Part shown: one piece after another, positions 51,016 to 61,813 of the stretch
Layout: the number at the start of each line of letters is the position of its first letter
Position numbering within the stretch: position 1 is the stretch's first letter
Assembly: GCA_905478415.1 (NCBI GenBank)
Contig: CAJQIG010000004.1
Span: forward strand, 267,523-331,522
Source: an uncultured Patescibacteria group bacterium
GTDB taxonomy: Bacteria > Patescibacteriota > Microgenomatia > UBA1400 > PJMF01
Length of the DNA stretch: 64,000 bases
Direction: 5' to 3'
Program-made: the position numbers and the translations under genes
The notes under the pieces: model-generated
Told to the model about the DNA's origin: nothing
Databases searched by the model: none
The model's input: the letters and a program-made list of their open reading frames with translations, nothing else

Positions 51016-53139
51016 CTACAGACCAATTTCAAAGACAACTGAACCACTAATACCAAAAATTGCATTCTTAGCCTCATCAACAATAATGTCTGTCACGGAT
51101 CCCAATGATGGACTGGTAATTTCTCTGACAAAATCACCATTCTTATTTAAGATAACTATCCTGTTTTTCTGAGCCTCTAAAATATACAGTCGTTCCGAAT
51201 CAACCGTAGTATGCACTTGTAGTGCTGATTCAAAGGCTGTATTTAGACCATTGATCGTAAAGTCTTGCACCTTTCCTCTGGTAAATTTGAATAGTTGTCC
51301 AGTCTTAGTTCCAAGCCAAACATCACCATCGACCGCAATTGAGACAATATCTTTAAAATCGAGACCCCGAGCAACTTCTTGTACCCAACCAATTGGTTCT
51401 GAGAAATCTCCATCGTTTTCCGCGTACCGGTAAATATTTCGCTTTTCTGGATTAACCACATATACATACGTTTCATAGCTAGCTATCAAAGAGGCCGACC
51501 GGTTTGAGTCTCCTGCCGTGATAACTTCGTTAACTGCTACACCATCTTCACCAATTTTGACTAGCGAAACACCTTCACCCAAAAGTAACACTCCATCCTC
51601 AAATGAGGCTACCTCAATAGCCTTTTCAACGTCGAGCTCATACTTCGAGACCTTTTTATTAGTGCTGGTCAGTTGCACTAATGTTTTCTGCTCTAAATCA
51701 AAAAAATAAAAGTTAGTGTCTATGGCGACAACCTTTGAAGCTACAAAATCTGAACTGACCAACCGAAGATCATAAAAAATAGGCAGTTCTTGTACTTCAT
51801 CGAGGCCAGAAATATCCTCATACACTTTTGAAAAACGTTCTTTTTGGGCTACTACTTCTGCAACAAAAAGCTTTTCCTCAGCATGCTCTTGCAGAAGCAC
51901 ATCAAGTCCATTCAAGACCGATTGGAGCTGATTACGTGCCGCCACAGGATCATCTCCTACTTGCTGCTGTGCTAACTCTGCTTGAGTTACAAAGGGAGCA
52001 AGTGCTTCCCGGGCACTTTCTCTTTCTGCAGTCCGCTTAGAAACTACCAAAAAACCAATAACACCGGCAACTATACAAATAGTAAGAACTACAACTACAT
52101 TCCTGATATTTTTTTTATAGGTGTGATTTGCAGCTTGAATATAGACATCTTTTCCCGGCAACAGTGATGACAAAGATGGCCGATCAGCCAACTGCTTTTT
52201 ACCTTTTGTAAACAAAACAGTACTTTTCTGCCAGATAAACATGGAAAGAAGTTTAATAGACATTCCCAACTGCCGTACTATTTTTACAATAAATGAGGCT
52301 ATTCTTTTTAAGAATTGAAGAACCCACATCATTGTTGTTCTTTGAACTGAAACTGTACCGCGTTTGGTTTTTGTTGCGAGTGGTTCTTCTAAAGAAGCTG
52401 CTAACTGAGTTGCAACCTCGGCTATGGGCTCAGTAGAATACTTTTCTTTGGGATCAGAGCTACTACTGTTAGTTGCCTTTTCTTGTACTGGAGGCACAAC
52501 CTCTGTGTCATACTCCTCATCTTCATCCTCACCCTCTTCAGTCTCAGTCTGAGCAAGTACAACTGAAGAACTTCTCTCCACAAAAGAAACAAATGCCAAG
52601 GCCGAGAGTGATGAGTTTCCTTGAGCGTGCAGGCCTGGGACAATTGAGGTTACAATCGTATCTGCATCAAAACCTTGTTCAAATTTTTGCTCTATTTCTG
52701 AGAAAAAATGTGACGCAGAGAGCGTCGAAAAAACCACTACATCTTGTGGGGTGTAGGTGCCAGCAATTAGTTTAAGTTGATTTCCCGAACTCAAAACCGC
52801 ACCTACTTTTTCACCTCGTTTCAGTAAAATTGCACCATTAAACGTTGCATACGCACAGCTTTGAGTTGAAAAAAAACCAGCCGAACACAGTACTCTGACT
52901 TCATTTTCAGTAGCCTGAGCAATGACTTCTTCGAGCACTAAGTGAAACTCTTCTAATGTCTGAACCACCTGAGATGAAAAATAGTTTGCAATATCACGAC
53001 CAACGTTTCCAGCATGAGTTCCCTCGATAGCAATACTGAGAATTGTTCTTACAGAAGAATGAGGAGGTGACTCAACTACCTGAGACCATCCATTAAATTG
53101 TGGCAGGCCGATTACTGGTGTAACACGAATGTTCGGCAT
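51016..53139 (-). CDS. Membrane protein with a degenerate PPM-like N-domain and a C-terminal beta-propeller
   Basis: 707 aa, central TM, repeated propeller-like strands (YVYVV, IAVDGDVW, LYILE). Confidence 0.7.
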   Translation of the reverse strand: MPNIRVTPVIGLPQFNGWSQVVESPPHSSVRTILSIAIEGTHAGNVGRDIANYFSSQVVQTLEEFHLVLEEVIAQATENEVRVLCSAGFFSTQSCAYATFNGAILLKRGEKVGAVLSSGNQLKLIAGTYTPQDVVVFSTLSASHFFSEIEQKFEQGFDADTIVTSIVPGLHAQGNSSLSALAFVSFVERSSSVVLAQTETEEGEDEDEEYDTEVVPPVQEKATNSSSSDPKEKYSTEPIAEVATQLAASLEEPLATKTKRGTVSVQRTTMMWVLQFLKRIASFIVKIVRQLGMSIKLLSMFIWQKSTVLFTKGKKQLADRPSLSSLLPGKDVYIQAANHTYKKNIRNVVVVLTICIVAGVIGFLVVSKRTAERESAREALAPFVTQAELAQQQVGDDPVAARNQLQSVLNGLDVLLQEHAEEKLFVAEVVAQKERFSKVYEDISGLDEVQELPIFYDLRLVSSDFVASKVVAIDTNFYFFDLEQKTLVQLTSTNKKVSKYELDVEKAIEVASFEDGVLLLGEGVSLVKIGEDGVAVNEVITAGDSNRSASLIASYETYVYVVNPEKRNIYRYAENDGDFSEPIGWVQEVARGLDFKDIVSIAVDGDVWLGTKTGQLFKFTRGKVQDFTINGLNTAFESALQVHTTVDSERLYILEAQKNRIVILNKNGDFVREITSPSLGSVTDIIVDEAKNAIFGISGSVVFEIGL

Positions 53140-53205
53140 CTAAGTTTTTTCTCACAAACACATCCTACTGGATGCTCTTATTTGTGACTATTTGATATAC
53201 TTTTA

Positions 53206-53463
53206 TCACAAAACAAAGATAAAATACAGCAACAAAAGAACTGAAAGTAGCAAGTGTACTAAGCTAATAAGCTTAATACGAGCCGTATGAGGGGTACTTA
53301 CTGTTGCTCTCATCAACCCAATTTGACGTGTAATAATAACCGCTACCAAAACATAAATGCCAGATAAAATTACTAAGAGCCACTTAAAAAGTTCTAGTAA
53401 AAGCCCCACGGCTGAAGTTCCATTGGTTAAAAAATCTGGTTGAAGCATGAGTTGAAATAACAT
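53206..53463 (-). CDS. Small two-TM membrane protein (DUF5657-like)
   Basis: AVIITRQIGLMRATV pattern; start refined to 53463. Confidence 0.65.
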   Translation of the reverse strand: MLFQLMLQPDFLTNGTSAVGLLLELFKWLLVILSGIYVLVAVIITRQIGLMRATVSTPHTARIKLISLVHLLLSVLLLLYFIFVL

Positions 53464-53464
53464 A

Positions 53465-54175
53465 CTAGTGTGTTCTCCCCTCAATTTTTTCGCGTTCTTC
53501 TTCAAGAATGAGATCATTTATAACTGCAGTAACTTTTGCCGGATGTGGCACAGCCTCAAAGGTAAGTTCCTGAGCAGCTGCAGCAGTCTGAATCAAAATT
53601 GTTCCATAATCAAAAAAGGTTGATGAAAAACCAATCGATTCTGAGGTTACATCTTCGATGTGGTCAATTTTTGCGGAAGTAATGTTCTTTTGAGCTAAAC
53701 TTATGAAATCTACATCAATTACTCGCTCGTCGGTGAGAATATAGACATTGTAAAACCATTTCAGAAAAGACTGTAAAGAAAAACCAACCAAAGCTAAATA
53801 CCACATCATTAAAACGCCAAGTTGGTATCGAAATGGTAATGTTCCATAGACTGGAAAAAAACTAAAACCAAATGGGACCAGTGCAAAGAAAAGTGCCATA
53901 ACAATCCAAGGAACTTGAGTAATAGGATGCTGTCGAAGCAGTAACACTACATGTTCGGCAGAACCTTGTGATTCAAAATGAGTGTGCTTTGGTTTTGGAA
54001 CAAACGAAGTAAAAACTCGTGATGAGTTCGGCTCAGCTGCCAAAACCTCCGAGTAGTCGTCTACATTTCGGTGTGGATGATGTGGCTTTTTACTTGACGT
54101 TGTTGCAGACGAAGACTTATTTTTCTTCACTGAGTCCTTTTTTTTATAGGTAGCACTATTAAATACTTCAGGCAT
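53465..54175 (-). CDS. Membrane protein with a bacterial PH domain
   Basis: LRQHP, two TMs, YILTDERVID, IEDVT, FDYGTILIQTA. Confidence 0.85.
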   Translation of the reverse strand: MPEVFNSATYKKKDSVKKNKSSSATTSSKKPHHPHRNVDDYSEVLAAEPNSSRVFTSFVPKPKHTHFESQGSAEHVVLLLRQHPITQVPWIVMALFFALVPFGFSFFPVYGTLPFRYQLGVLMMWYLALVGFSLQSFLKWFYNVYILTDERVIDVDFISLAQKNITSAKIDHIEDVTSESIGFSSTFFDYGTILIQTAAAAQELTFEAVPHPAKVTAVINDLILEEEREKIEGRTH

Positions 54176-54232
54176 TACCTAGTAGTATATCATTAGAATG
54201 AGTTTTTGGAAAAAATAAGTTCAAAATAAATG

Positions 54233-56008
54233 CTATGATCGCTTGAGAATCGACATAAAGGTCTCTTGATTGATCTCCACCTTACCAAACTGCTTCATCC
54301 GCTTCTTTCCCTTAGCCTGCTTAGCTAACAGTTTTTTACGACGAGTTACATCGCCACCATAGAGTTTTGCGGTTACATCTTTTCTGAAGGCTTTGATTGT
54401 TTCTCTGGCTACAACTTTACCACCGATTGCTGCTTGCACAGGAACTTCAAACATTTGCCGAGGCAAAATTTCTTTCAGTTTTGAAACAATCTTTCTGCCA
54501 TCATACTCAGCTCGCTCACGAACCGTAATAAAACTCAAAGCATCAATGACTTCGTGATTAAGCATCACTGCCACTTTCACCGCATCAACCGTAGTATATT
54601 TTAAAAATGAATATTCAAACGAAGCGTACCCCGATGTTATTGATTTCAAGACATCGTGAAAATCAGTAATAATCTCAGCAAGTGGGACTTCACACTCAAT
54701 GCTCATTCGCTGACCTACGTGAGTACTTTTCTTAAACTCGCCTCGCCTGTCTCTAACTAAGTTGAGAATATCACCCATTCGCTCAGTTGGAGTAAAAATT
54801 TTCATAGCTGCGATCGGCTCCTGGATAATTCGGATTTCAGCTGGATCTGGCATTTCGGCAGGAGTTTGCACCAATAGTTCCTGTCCACTCATTGTCTCAA
54901 CACGGTAGGTAACTGAAGGAAGAGTGGCAATAATTTCAAGGTTAAATTCACGACTTAGGCGTTCAAGAACAATTTCCGCATGCAAAATACCTAAGAACCC
55001 TACTCTCAAACCACTTCCCAATGCCATCGAGTGCGTGCCCTTAAAACGAAGCGCTGCATCTCTGAGAGAAAGTTTATCCATTGCATCTTGTAACAAAGTG
55101 AACTCAGAAGTATCTGTTGGGTACAGTTCCATAAACACCATAGGAATAGGCTCTTTGTAACCAGCTAAGAGCTCAACTTTTTCTCGCTGGTGGTATTGAG
55201 TCAAAGTGTCTCCAATCTTTAAAGACTTAATGTCTTTCAATCCTGTGGCCACATACCCAACTTCACCTGTTTTGATTGAAGTAACGGGTCTCATTTCTGG
55301 AGAGAACACACCAATCTCGACCGGTAAAAATGACGTCTGAGATGAAAGAAAATGAAGTTTCTCTTTTTTCAATTCACCATCAATAACTCTGACTAGCCCA
55401 ATAGCTCCCTTATGAACATCATAGTGAGAAGTAATCAGTAATGCTCTCAGCGAACTATCTACAGTACCTGTTGGAGCCGGAATTCTCTCGATAATTGCAT
55501 CTAAAACAGCTTGCACATTTTGGCCTGTCTTGGCCGAAACTTGAATGATGTCTTCATCACTACACTCACACAGTTCCATAATTTCAAGCATGACTCGATC
55601 GGTCTCTGCCGAAGGTAAATCAACTTTATTAACAACCGGAATAATCACTAATCCAAGTGCTCGTGCCTGTTCGTAATTTGATAATGTCTGGGCTTGAATA
55701 CCTTGAGTGGCATCAACAACTAAGAGCCCTCCTTCACAAGCGGCTAGTGAGCGACTGACTTCGTATCCAAAGTCAACATGTCCTGGTGTATCAATTAAAT
55801 TAAGAGTGTGACCTCTATATTCCATTCGAGCTGGAGCCAACTTAATAGTAATACCCCTCTCTTGCTCGATGGGGTTACTATCCATAATCCGCTCAGTTTT
55901 TCTCTGATCAGTAACCGTGTTGGTGAAATGCAAAAATTGATCCGTTAAGGTAGTTTTACCGTGATCGATGTGAGCAATGATTGAAAAATTTCGAATTTTG
56001 TCTTGCAT
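54233..56008 (-). CDS. lepA: Elongation factor 4
   Basis: IRNFSIIAHIDHGK, DTPGHVDF, GFLGILH, LYGGDVTRRKKLL; start refined to MQDKIR. Confidence 0.98.
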   Translation of the reverse strand: MQDKIRNFSIIAHIDHGKTTLTDQFLHFTNTVTDQRKTERIMDSNPIEQERGITIKLAPARMEYRGHTLNLIDTPGHVDFGYEVSRSLAACEGGLLVVDATQGIQAQTLSNYEQARALGLVIIPVVNKVDLPSAETDRVMLEIMELCECSDEDIIQVSAKTGQNVQAVLDAIIERIPAPTGTVDSSLRALLITSHYDVHKGAIGLVRVIDGELKKEKLHFLSSQTSFLPVEIGVFSPEMRPVTSIKTGEVGYVATGLKDIKSLKIGDTLTQYHQREKVELLAGYKEPIPMVFMELYPTDTSEFTLLQDAMDKLSLRDAALRFKGTHSMALGSGLRVGFLGILHAEIVLERLSREFNLEIIATLPSVTYRVETMSGQELLVQTPAEMPDPAEIRIIQEPIAAMKIFTPTERMGDILNLVRDRRGEFKKSTHVGQRMSIECEVPLAEIITDFHDVLKSITSGYASFEYSFLKYTTVDAVKVAVMLNHEVIDALSFITVRERAEYDGRKIVSKLKEILPRQMFEVPVQAAIGGKVVARETIKAFRKDVTAKLYGGDVTRRKKLLAKQAKGKKRMKQFGKVEINQETFMSILKRS

Positions 56009-56101
56009 CTTGATTGAATTAACCTTGCATACTTTGAAGCTTGTTGCCTCAATACTCAACTACTATAGCAAGTCTAGTTCTGCTCTCAAATAGATGAAAA
56101 A

Positions 56102-56443
56102 CTACTTTTTCTTAGGTGAAGTTTTTTTAGCAACCTTTTTAACAGTCTTCTTTACTGTTTTTTTGGCTGTCTTTGGCTTTGCAACTGTCTTTTTTTCTCC
56201 TGTAGCACTTTCGGCAAGGAATCTACTCAGTTGGCTTTTGAGACGAGCAGCTTTATTCTTCTTAAGAATATTTCCTTTAGCAGCTATATCAATAGATGAA
56301 TATGCAGCAGCAAGAGTTGCTGGTGTAGGATTGGCGAGAAATGCATCAGAAAGCGTTTTCATTCTCGATTTTACTCGAGAGTTGATAACAGTCTTTCGCT
56401 TACTAACTCGTAGTGCTTTTTTTGCATTCTTTAAAATTGGCAT
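56102..56443 (-). CDS. rpsT: 30S ribosomal protein S20 with a Lys-rich C-terminal extension
   Basis: MPILKNAKKALR, IDIAAKGNILKKNKAARLKS. Confidence 0.93.
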   Translation of the reverse strand: MPILKNAKKALRVSKRKTVINSRVKSRMKTLSDAFLANPTPATLAAAYSSIDIAAKGNILKKNKAARLKSQLSRFLAESATGEKKTVAKPKTAKKTVKKTVKKVAKKTSPKKK

Positions 56444-56590
56444 AGTGTCGTATATTCTGTATTTTCGTTTACTATTTTGGTCTCTCTTGTTATAGTATAT
56501 TCCTAGAGAGAACTATTTTTATGCTAGGCAGGAATTATAACCCAAAACTGCTTTGTTTTCAAATGGGGAATAGTTTTATAATACGAAACA

Positions 56591-58297
56591 ATGTTACCAT
56601 TCAAAACTGAACAACTGTCTAAATTTTTGGTAAGTGGCCGATGGCTCGAAAAACAACAGAATACTATCCTTTCTGCTGGTCTGATTATTGCTACTGCAAA
56701 CCTTTTTTCCTTATTTGCTGGCATGCTCCGGGATCGCCTCCTTCTAGGCCAATTTTATGGACCAGGAGAAGCAGGAGAAATTTACACTGCTCTCCAAATC
56801 GCCTTTCAACTGCCTGATACTATGTACCAATTAATTGTCTTGGGTGCACTTTCAGCAGCGTTTATCCCTATTTTCACGGAAACACGAAAAAAGAAGTCGA
56901 AAGAAGATGCCTATACATTAACCTCAATTGTTATGACCATCTTGCTGCTCGTCTTTATCGCAGTGGGAGCCATTGTGTTTATCTTTGCCGAACCAATTAC
57001 TGCACTGAGAACCGGAGCTGAGTTCACTCCACTGCAAATTGAAATTGCCTCGAACCTCACTAGAATTATGATTGTAGCCCAAGTACTATTTGCAATCTCA
57101 AACTTCTACACGGGAATTCTTCAGTCATATCAAAGATTCATTATTCCTGCGATCAGTCCACTCTTTTATAACCTTGGAATTATTTTAGGTTCATACTTCC
57201 TTGGAAGTAGATTTGGTATTTACGCAGCTGGAATTGGTGTTGTCGCCGGTGCCTTTATGCACATGATTATTCAGCTCCCACTCGTCTATAAACTTGGCTT
57301 TCGATATACCTTATCTTTAGATTTTTCGTTTGCAGGAGTTAAAAAATTATTTTCACTCATGCCTGCTCGAGTTTTAACCTATAGTTTGACCGAAATTCAA
57401 AACCTTTCGTTAGGTTTTTTCGCAACTTCTATTGGCAGCGTTTCCTTTATGATTATTAAGCTTGGACTCAGGCTCATGACTATTCCGATCCGTCTTTTTG
57501 GGGTCTCAATTGGGCAAGCTTCACTCCCCTTCCTTTCAGAAGAATCCGCCACCAAAGATTCACAAAAATTCAAAATTTTAGTTGTCCAATCTCTCAACCA
57601 GATTAGTTTTTTTGCACTCCCTGCCTCGATCTTACTCCTCATTCTCCGCGTTCCCATTGTCCGTTTGGCATACGGAGCTCGAAATTTGGACTGGAGCTCA
57701 ACTCTTTCTATTGGACGCGTAGTAGCAATTTTGGCTATCTCAGTAGCAGCGCAGGCTTTAGTACAACTGCTTATTAGAGCTTTTCATGCGCTCAAAGACA
57801 CCAGAACTCCGTTTATCGTTACGGTCATCATTGTTGGCATATACTTAGTGATGGCAGGTTACTTTGTGTTCTTCACCCAGATGGGAATTCTAGGACTCGC
57901 AATAACAACTACTTTTGTTGCGCTGGTAGAACTAGCTCTTTTCCTGGGACTCCTTCATATAAAGATGAAGGGTTTAATTGATACGTCATTTTTAATTCCT
58001 CAAAGTAAAATGCTCGTTTCTAGTTTTTTAATGGCTGTGTTTCTCTACCTACCATTCCGTGTTCTTGATGAACTTGTCTTTAACACCACTAAAAGTATCG
58101 AGCTGATTGCCCTCACCATTGTAACTACTACCATTGGATTTCTCGTCTACATTTACTTCTCAGCTTTACTACAAGTCAAAGAGCTCAAACTTATAACACG
58201 AGTAATTACTCACTTTTCTTTCTGGAAACGTGGCTTGAAAAAATCTGAAGAGTTCTTTTATGAACCAAGTCTCGAAGACAGAGATCTGCAACTCTAA
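56591..58297 (+). CDS. murJ: Lipid II flippase MurJ
   Basis: GMLRDR, AFQLPD, GALSAAFIPIF, RAFHALKDTRTP; multi-TM. Confidence 0.95.
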   Translation: MLPFKTEQLSKFLVSGRWLEKQQNTILSAGLIIATANLFSLFAGMLRDRLLLGQFYGPGEAGEIYTALQIAFQLPDTMYQLIVLGALSAAFIPIFTETRKKKSKEDAYTLTSIVMTILLLVFIAVGAIVFIFAEPITALRTGAEFTPLQIEIASNLTRIMIVAQVLFAISNFYTGILQSYQRFIIPAISPLFYNLGIILGSYFLGSRFGIYAAGIGVVAGAFMHMIIQLPLVYKLGFRYTLSLDFSFAGVKKLFSLMPARVLTYSLTEIQNLSLGFFATSIGSVSFMIIKLGLRLMTIPIRLFGVSIGQASLPFLSEESATKDSQKFKILVVQSLNQISFFALPASILLLILRVPIVRLAYGARNLDWSSTLSIGRVVAILAISVAAQALVQLLIRAFHALKDTRTPFIVTVIIVGIYLVMAGYFVFFTQMGILGLAITTTFVALVELALFLGLLHIKMKGLIDTSFLIPQSKMLVSSFLMAVFLYLPFRVLDELVFNTTKSIELIALTIVTTTIGFLVYIYFSALLQVKELKLITRVITHFSFWKRGLKKSEEFFYEPSLEDRDLQL

Positions 58298-58351
58298 GCT
58301 CCAAAGACTCAGGCTTGGTGAAGACAAAAAAAACTTGTATACTGAAGTGTA

Positions 58352-58972
58352 ATGAGTAAAAGTTCTGCCCAAATTAAGATTAACTTGATTCCAAAAGATC
58401 CGTTTTTTGGAACTGTTCCTGGCCGCATATTAAAGTGGGCCCTCTCTGCAGGTAGATATATTGTTATTTTTACAGAGCTTGTTGTCATTGTTAGTTTTGC
58501 TACACGCTTTACACTTGATAGACAAGTAACTGACCTTAACGAATCAATTTCAAGTAAAGAAAATATTATTAATTCCTACGGAGCACTAGAAAAAAACGTC
58601 CGTATCGCTCAAGCAAAAATAGCTAGCTATACACAAGTAAAACAAGATAATACTATTGTAGAAACATTTGCAGACATTTCTGCAATTACTCCCGAAGGTA
58701 TTATTCTTGACAAGCTCGTCATCAACAAAGATACTGTTATTGCCTCTGGTAATGCGCTGTCCCAATCAGCGTTCAATTTACTCATCAATAACCTTCAAAT
58801 CTCACCTAACTTTCAAAATGTATCAGTTGATACTGTCGAATCAAACGATGATGATAGCAAATCTGGATTCACCTTTAGTATTCGAGCTAACACCCAAGTT
58901 GTTGTCAAAAAATCTGCTGTTGAAAAAGAAGTCGATACAGTTGATGTCCTTGATAGAACGGGAGGACTCTAG
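58352..58972 (+). CDS. pilN: Type IV pilus assembly protein PilN-like
   Basis: INLIP PilM-binding motif, TM, coiled coil, ferredoxin-like domain. Confidence 0.8.
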   Translation: MSKSSAQIKINLIPKDPFFGTVPGRILKWALSAGRYIVIFTELVVIVSFATRFTLDRQVTDLNESISSKENIINSYGALEKNVRIAQAKIASYTQVKQDNTIVETFADISAITPEGIILDKLVINKDTVIASGNALSQSAFNLLINNLQISPNFQNVSVDTVESNDDDSKSGFTFSIRANTQVVVKKSAVEKEVDTVDVLDRTGGL

Positions 58973-58974
58973 CT

Positions 58975-59604
58975 ATGGCAACAACTAACAGAAAGAAGCA
59001 ACTCGCCTCACTTCTAGAACAGTTCTACCATAATCCAGTGGCTAAAGTTTCACTGGAACTCTTTCTAACTATTGGGTTAGTTGTCTTTCTAGCTCTCTTT
59101 GCTATCAAGCCCACCCTTCTAACCATGTCTGATTTAGTTAAAGAAATTGAAGATAAGCGAGAACTCGAAACACAACTCTCAAAGAAAGTTGCCTCACTAG
59201 GAACTGCTCAAACACTCTATCTACAGGTCGAAGATCGCTTACCTGTGCTCGATGCAGCTATTCCTAGTCATCCAGGTACTATTACTGTCTTAAAAATTAT
59301 TGAAAAAATTGCAACCGATACTGGTGTTGTTCTTGGATCCATCTCAGTTTCCGAAATCCCAGATACCCCTAAAGAAGTTCCTAGCTTTGACGTCTTAACT
59401 AGAGTTGATCTCAAACTTACCACCAGTGTTATTGGGGACTATGCCTCAATTCGGGATTTCGTCTCAAAACTTCAAAATAGCCAACGCACTTTTGTTGTCG
59501 ATACAGTAGTTTTTAATACTTCCGACAATCGTGGTGACAAACAGCTCAGAGCTTCAGTCTCATTACATATTCCTTACTTTGGAGTTCCAAATGAAAAAAA
59601 ATAG
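58975..59604 (+). CDS. pilO: Type IV pilus assembly protein PilO-like
   Basis: TM, coiled coil, AIP, GDY..IRDFVSKLQNSQR. Confidence 0.8.
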   Translation: MATTNRKKQLASLLEQFYHNPVAKVSLELFLTIGLVVFLALFAIKPTLLTMSDLVKEIEDKRELETQLSKKVASLGTAQTLYLQVEDRLPVLDAAIPSHPGTITVLKIIEKIATDTGVVLGSISVSEIPDTPKEVPSFDVLTRVDLKLTTSVIGDYASIRDFVSKLQNSQRTFVVDTVVFNTSDNRGDKQLRASVSLHIPYFGVPNEKK

Positions 59605-60037
59605 CCTTACGGATCAGATCAAAAACCTCAAACATGGACAACAACTTTTAGCATCAGCTATTTTGTTTCTGGTGCTTGTGCTTGCTTGGATTTTTGTAGG
59701 AATTTTTGCTGGTCAACAAGAAAGTAAAATCTCTCCAACACTTAAGAAAGCAGCCCTCCCACTAACACCCGACTTAAACGAAGAAATTTTGACAGAACTT
59801 GAAGAAAAGCGCGTCTACACTGAGGACGAACTTGCTAACTTTACTATCTATAAAATCATCACTACCGATCGAGGCAAACAGCAATCTATTGTTCCTATCA
59901 CCGTCTTTGCTGAAGATCTGGAAGCACAAGAAGAGTCTGGTTCTTCACTCAAAACAACTGATGTTCCCGAAAGTGAAGAAGAAACTTCAGAAACTACCAT
60001 CCCCGGGGCCACCCCACCCCCAGATGTGAAAAACTAG
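59591..60037 (+). CDS. Membrane-anchored hypothetical protein in the pilNO operon
   Basis: ATG 59591 overlaps the end of pilO; one TM. Confidence 0.7.
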   Translation: MKKNSLTDQIKNLKHGQQLLASAILFLVLVLAWIFVGIFAGQQESKISPTLKKAALPLTPDLNEEILTELEEKRVYTEDELANFTIYKIITTDRGKQQSIVPITVFAEDLEAQEESGSSLKTTDVPESEEETSETTIPGATPPPDVKN

Positions 60038-60186
60038 CAACCGTTCTTTTTTTAACATGAATTTGCATCCAAAATAGGTAGTACTTTGATACTTTTCTTT
60101 CGCTTCTTCTTCGCGTTGCACTCTCGACTAAATTTCTCTACAGTAGTACATAGGAGTGACAAACTCTCTTATTTTTGTTGAAACAT

Positions 60187-61806
60187 ATGCTCGGAATTAA
60201 AAGCAATACCACTACACCACCTACTCCAGCCCCAGCAGCTGGAATAGTTTCGACCCCCAAAAGAAAAGCAGCCAGACCGCTTTGGCAGAAAAGAATTCCC
60301 ACACTGTTAGGTCTCGGAGTTTTAATAATTGCAATGATCTCAGGGGTGCTCTTATTTGGAAATGGTACTGGTGTCTTTGCTCCTCGAGCTACTCCACAAA
60401 CTACTCCTAAAAATATTAAAATTACTAATGTTACTGATAACAGTTTTACCCTTTCATTTCTCACAGATGAATCGACTCCAAGTTTCTTAAAGTATGGAAC
60501 TTCCGAAAAGGCTTTAGACAACCAGGCCGGCGACGAGCGTGATCAAATTTCTGGAACCGTACAGCCATACAACATGCACCACATTACAGTCAGAGGCCTC
60601 AAAGCTAATACTGCCTACTTCTTTACTCTTGGAACTGGTTCAAATAGCTCTTTTACTAACGACGGCAAGCCATTCCAAGTTAAAACAGCTCAAGCTGCTG
60701 GCGCACAACCAGTTGCTAAAACCATTTATGGAAGTGTCACTACCGAATCAGGAGCCCCGGCAGAAGGTGCTGTCGTATACGTCAAACACCCCACTGCTGG
60801 TGAACTATCTTCACTCGTAAAAAATTCTGGAAGTTGGGCCGTCTATCTTTCAAATGCACGAACTACTGATGGTTCAGACTTTGCAAGTGTTACTGATGAC
60901 GACACCTTGTTGGTCACCGTGCAAGGACCGGCTCAAACAAAAAAGGCTCAAATCACGACAACTGTTTCAAATGCTCAACCAGTCGAAACTATCGTCTATG
61001 GTCAGACCGAAGCCAAAGCCGCCGAACTTGACACTTCTACAACCCTAACCGCAACTGAGGATGCTGTTGATGCTATGGCTGCTCCAGAATCATCTTCTAC
61101 AGCTGTAGTTGATGACGAGTATGTTCCTAGTATCGATACGGATGACACAACTATCGCTACAGATATAGCTTCTGAAAGTGCTCAAATAGCAAGTGAAAGC
61201 GCAACTACGCAGCTTCTTGTCGTCGATATCGAAGCTGCAAAGGAAGCTACCCCAACGGTAACCACAACTCAGCCTACTATTACCGGTCGAGCCAAGCCGA
61301 ATGTCGTAGTTACTCTTGAAATTCACTCTGACACCCAGATTACACAAGAAGTTACTGCCGACCAAAACGGAACCTTTGAACTTGATATTGCTACCCTTTC
61401 TGAAAACCTAGAACCTGGTGATCACACCGTTACTTACAGCTATACAGACCCAGAAACTGGCACCGTAGTGAATGAAACTGTCACCTTTACTGTTGCCGAG
61501 TCAGCTACCCGCCAGCTTGCCCAAGCTGACACTCCCTATGGTTCTGGAAATCCATACCCTATTGCGTCACCATCTCCAAGCCCAACACCAAGTCCTACAC
61601 CAAGCCCTTCTCCGACTGCCTCGGCTTCTGCTGAAGCAACTGAAGAAGCCAGAGTTGCCCTACCAGCAACTGATAGCGCCATCCCTGTCTCTGGATCTGT
61701 GGGCACAACCTTTGCGCTTGTCTTTGGAGGTCTCTTCTTTATCATTTCAGGAGCTTGGAGTTTCTGGATTTCTTCACAGCTAAGTAAAGGAAAACTGGAG
61801 ATTTAA
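60187..61806 (+). CDS. Surface protein with fibronectin type III and Ig-like domains, PS/PT linker and C-terminal anchor
   Basis: ITNVTDNSFTLSF..HHITVRGLKANTAYFF, PTITG, SPSPTP repeats, PVSG plus TM. Confidence 0.85.
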   Translation: MLGIKSNTTTPPTPAPAAGIVSTPKRKAARPLWQKRIPTLLGLGVLIIAMISGVLLFGNGTGVFAPRATPQTTPKNIKITNVTDNSFTLSFLTDESTPSFLKYGTSEKALDNQAGDERDQISGTVQPYNMHHITVRGLKANTAYFFTLGTGSNSSFTNDGKPFQVKTAQAAGAQPVAKTIYGSVTTESGAPAEGAVVYVKHPTAGELSSLVKNSGSWAVYLSNARTTDGSDFASVTDDDTLLVTVQGPAQTKKAQITTTVSNAQPVETIVYGQTEAKAAELDTSTTLTATEDAVDAMAAPESSSTAVVDDEYVPSIDTDDTTIATDIASESAQIASESATTQLLVVDIEAAKEATPTVTTTQPTITGRAKPNVVVTLEIHSDTQITQEVTADQNGTFELDIATLSENLEPGDHTVTYSYTDPETGTVVNETVTFTVAESATRQLAQADTPYGSGNPYPIASPSPSPTPSPTPSPSPTASASAEATEEARVALPATDSAIPVSGSVGTTFALVFGGLFFIISGAWSFWISSQLSKGKLEI

Positions 61807-61813
61807 TTAGTAA

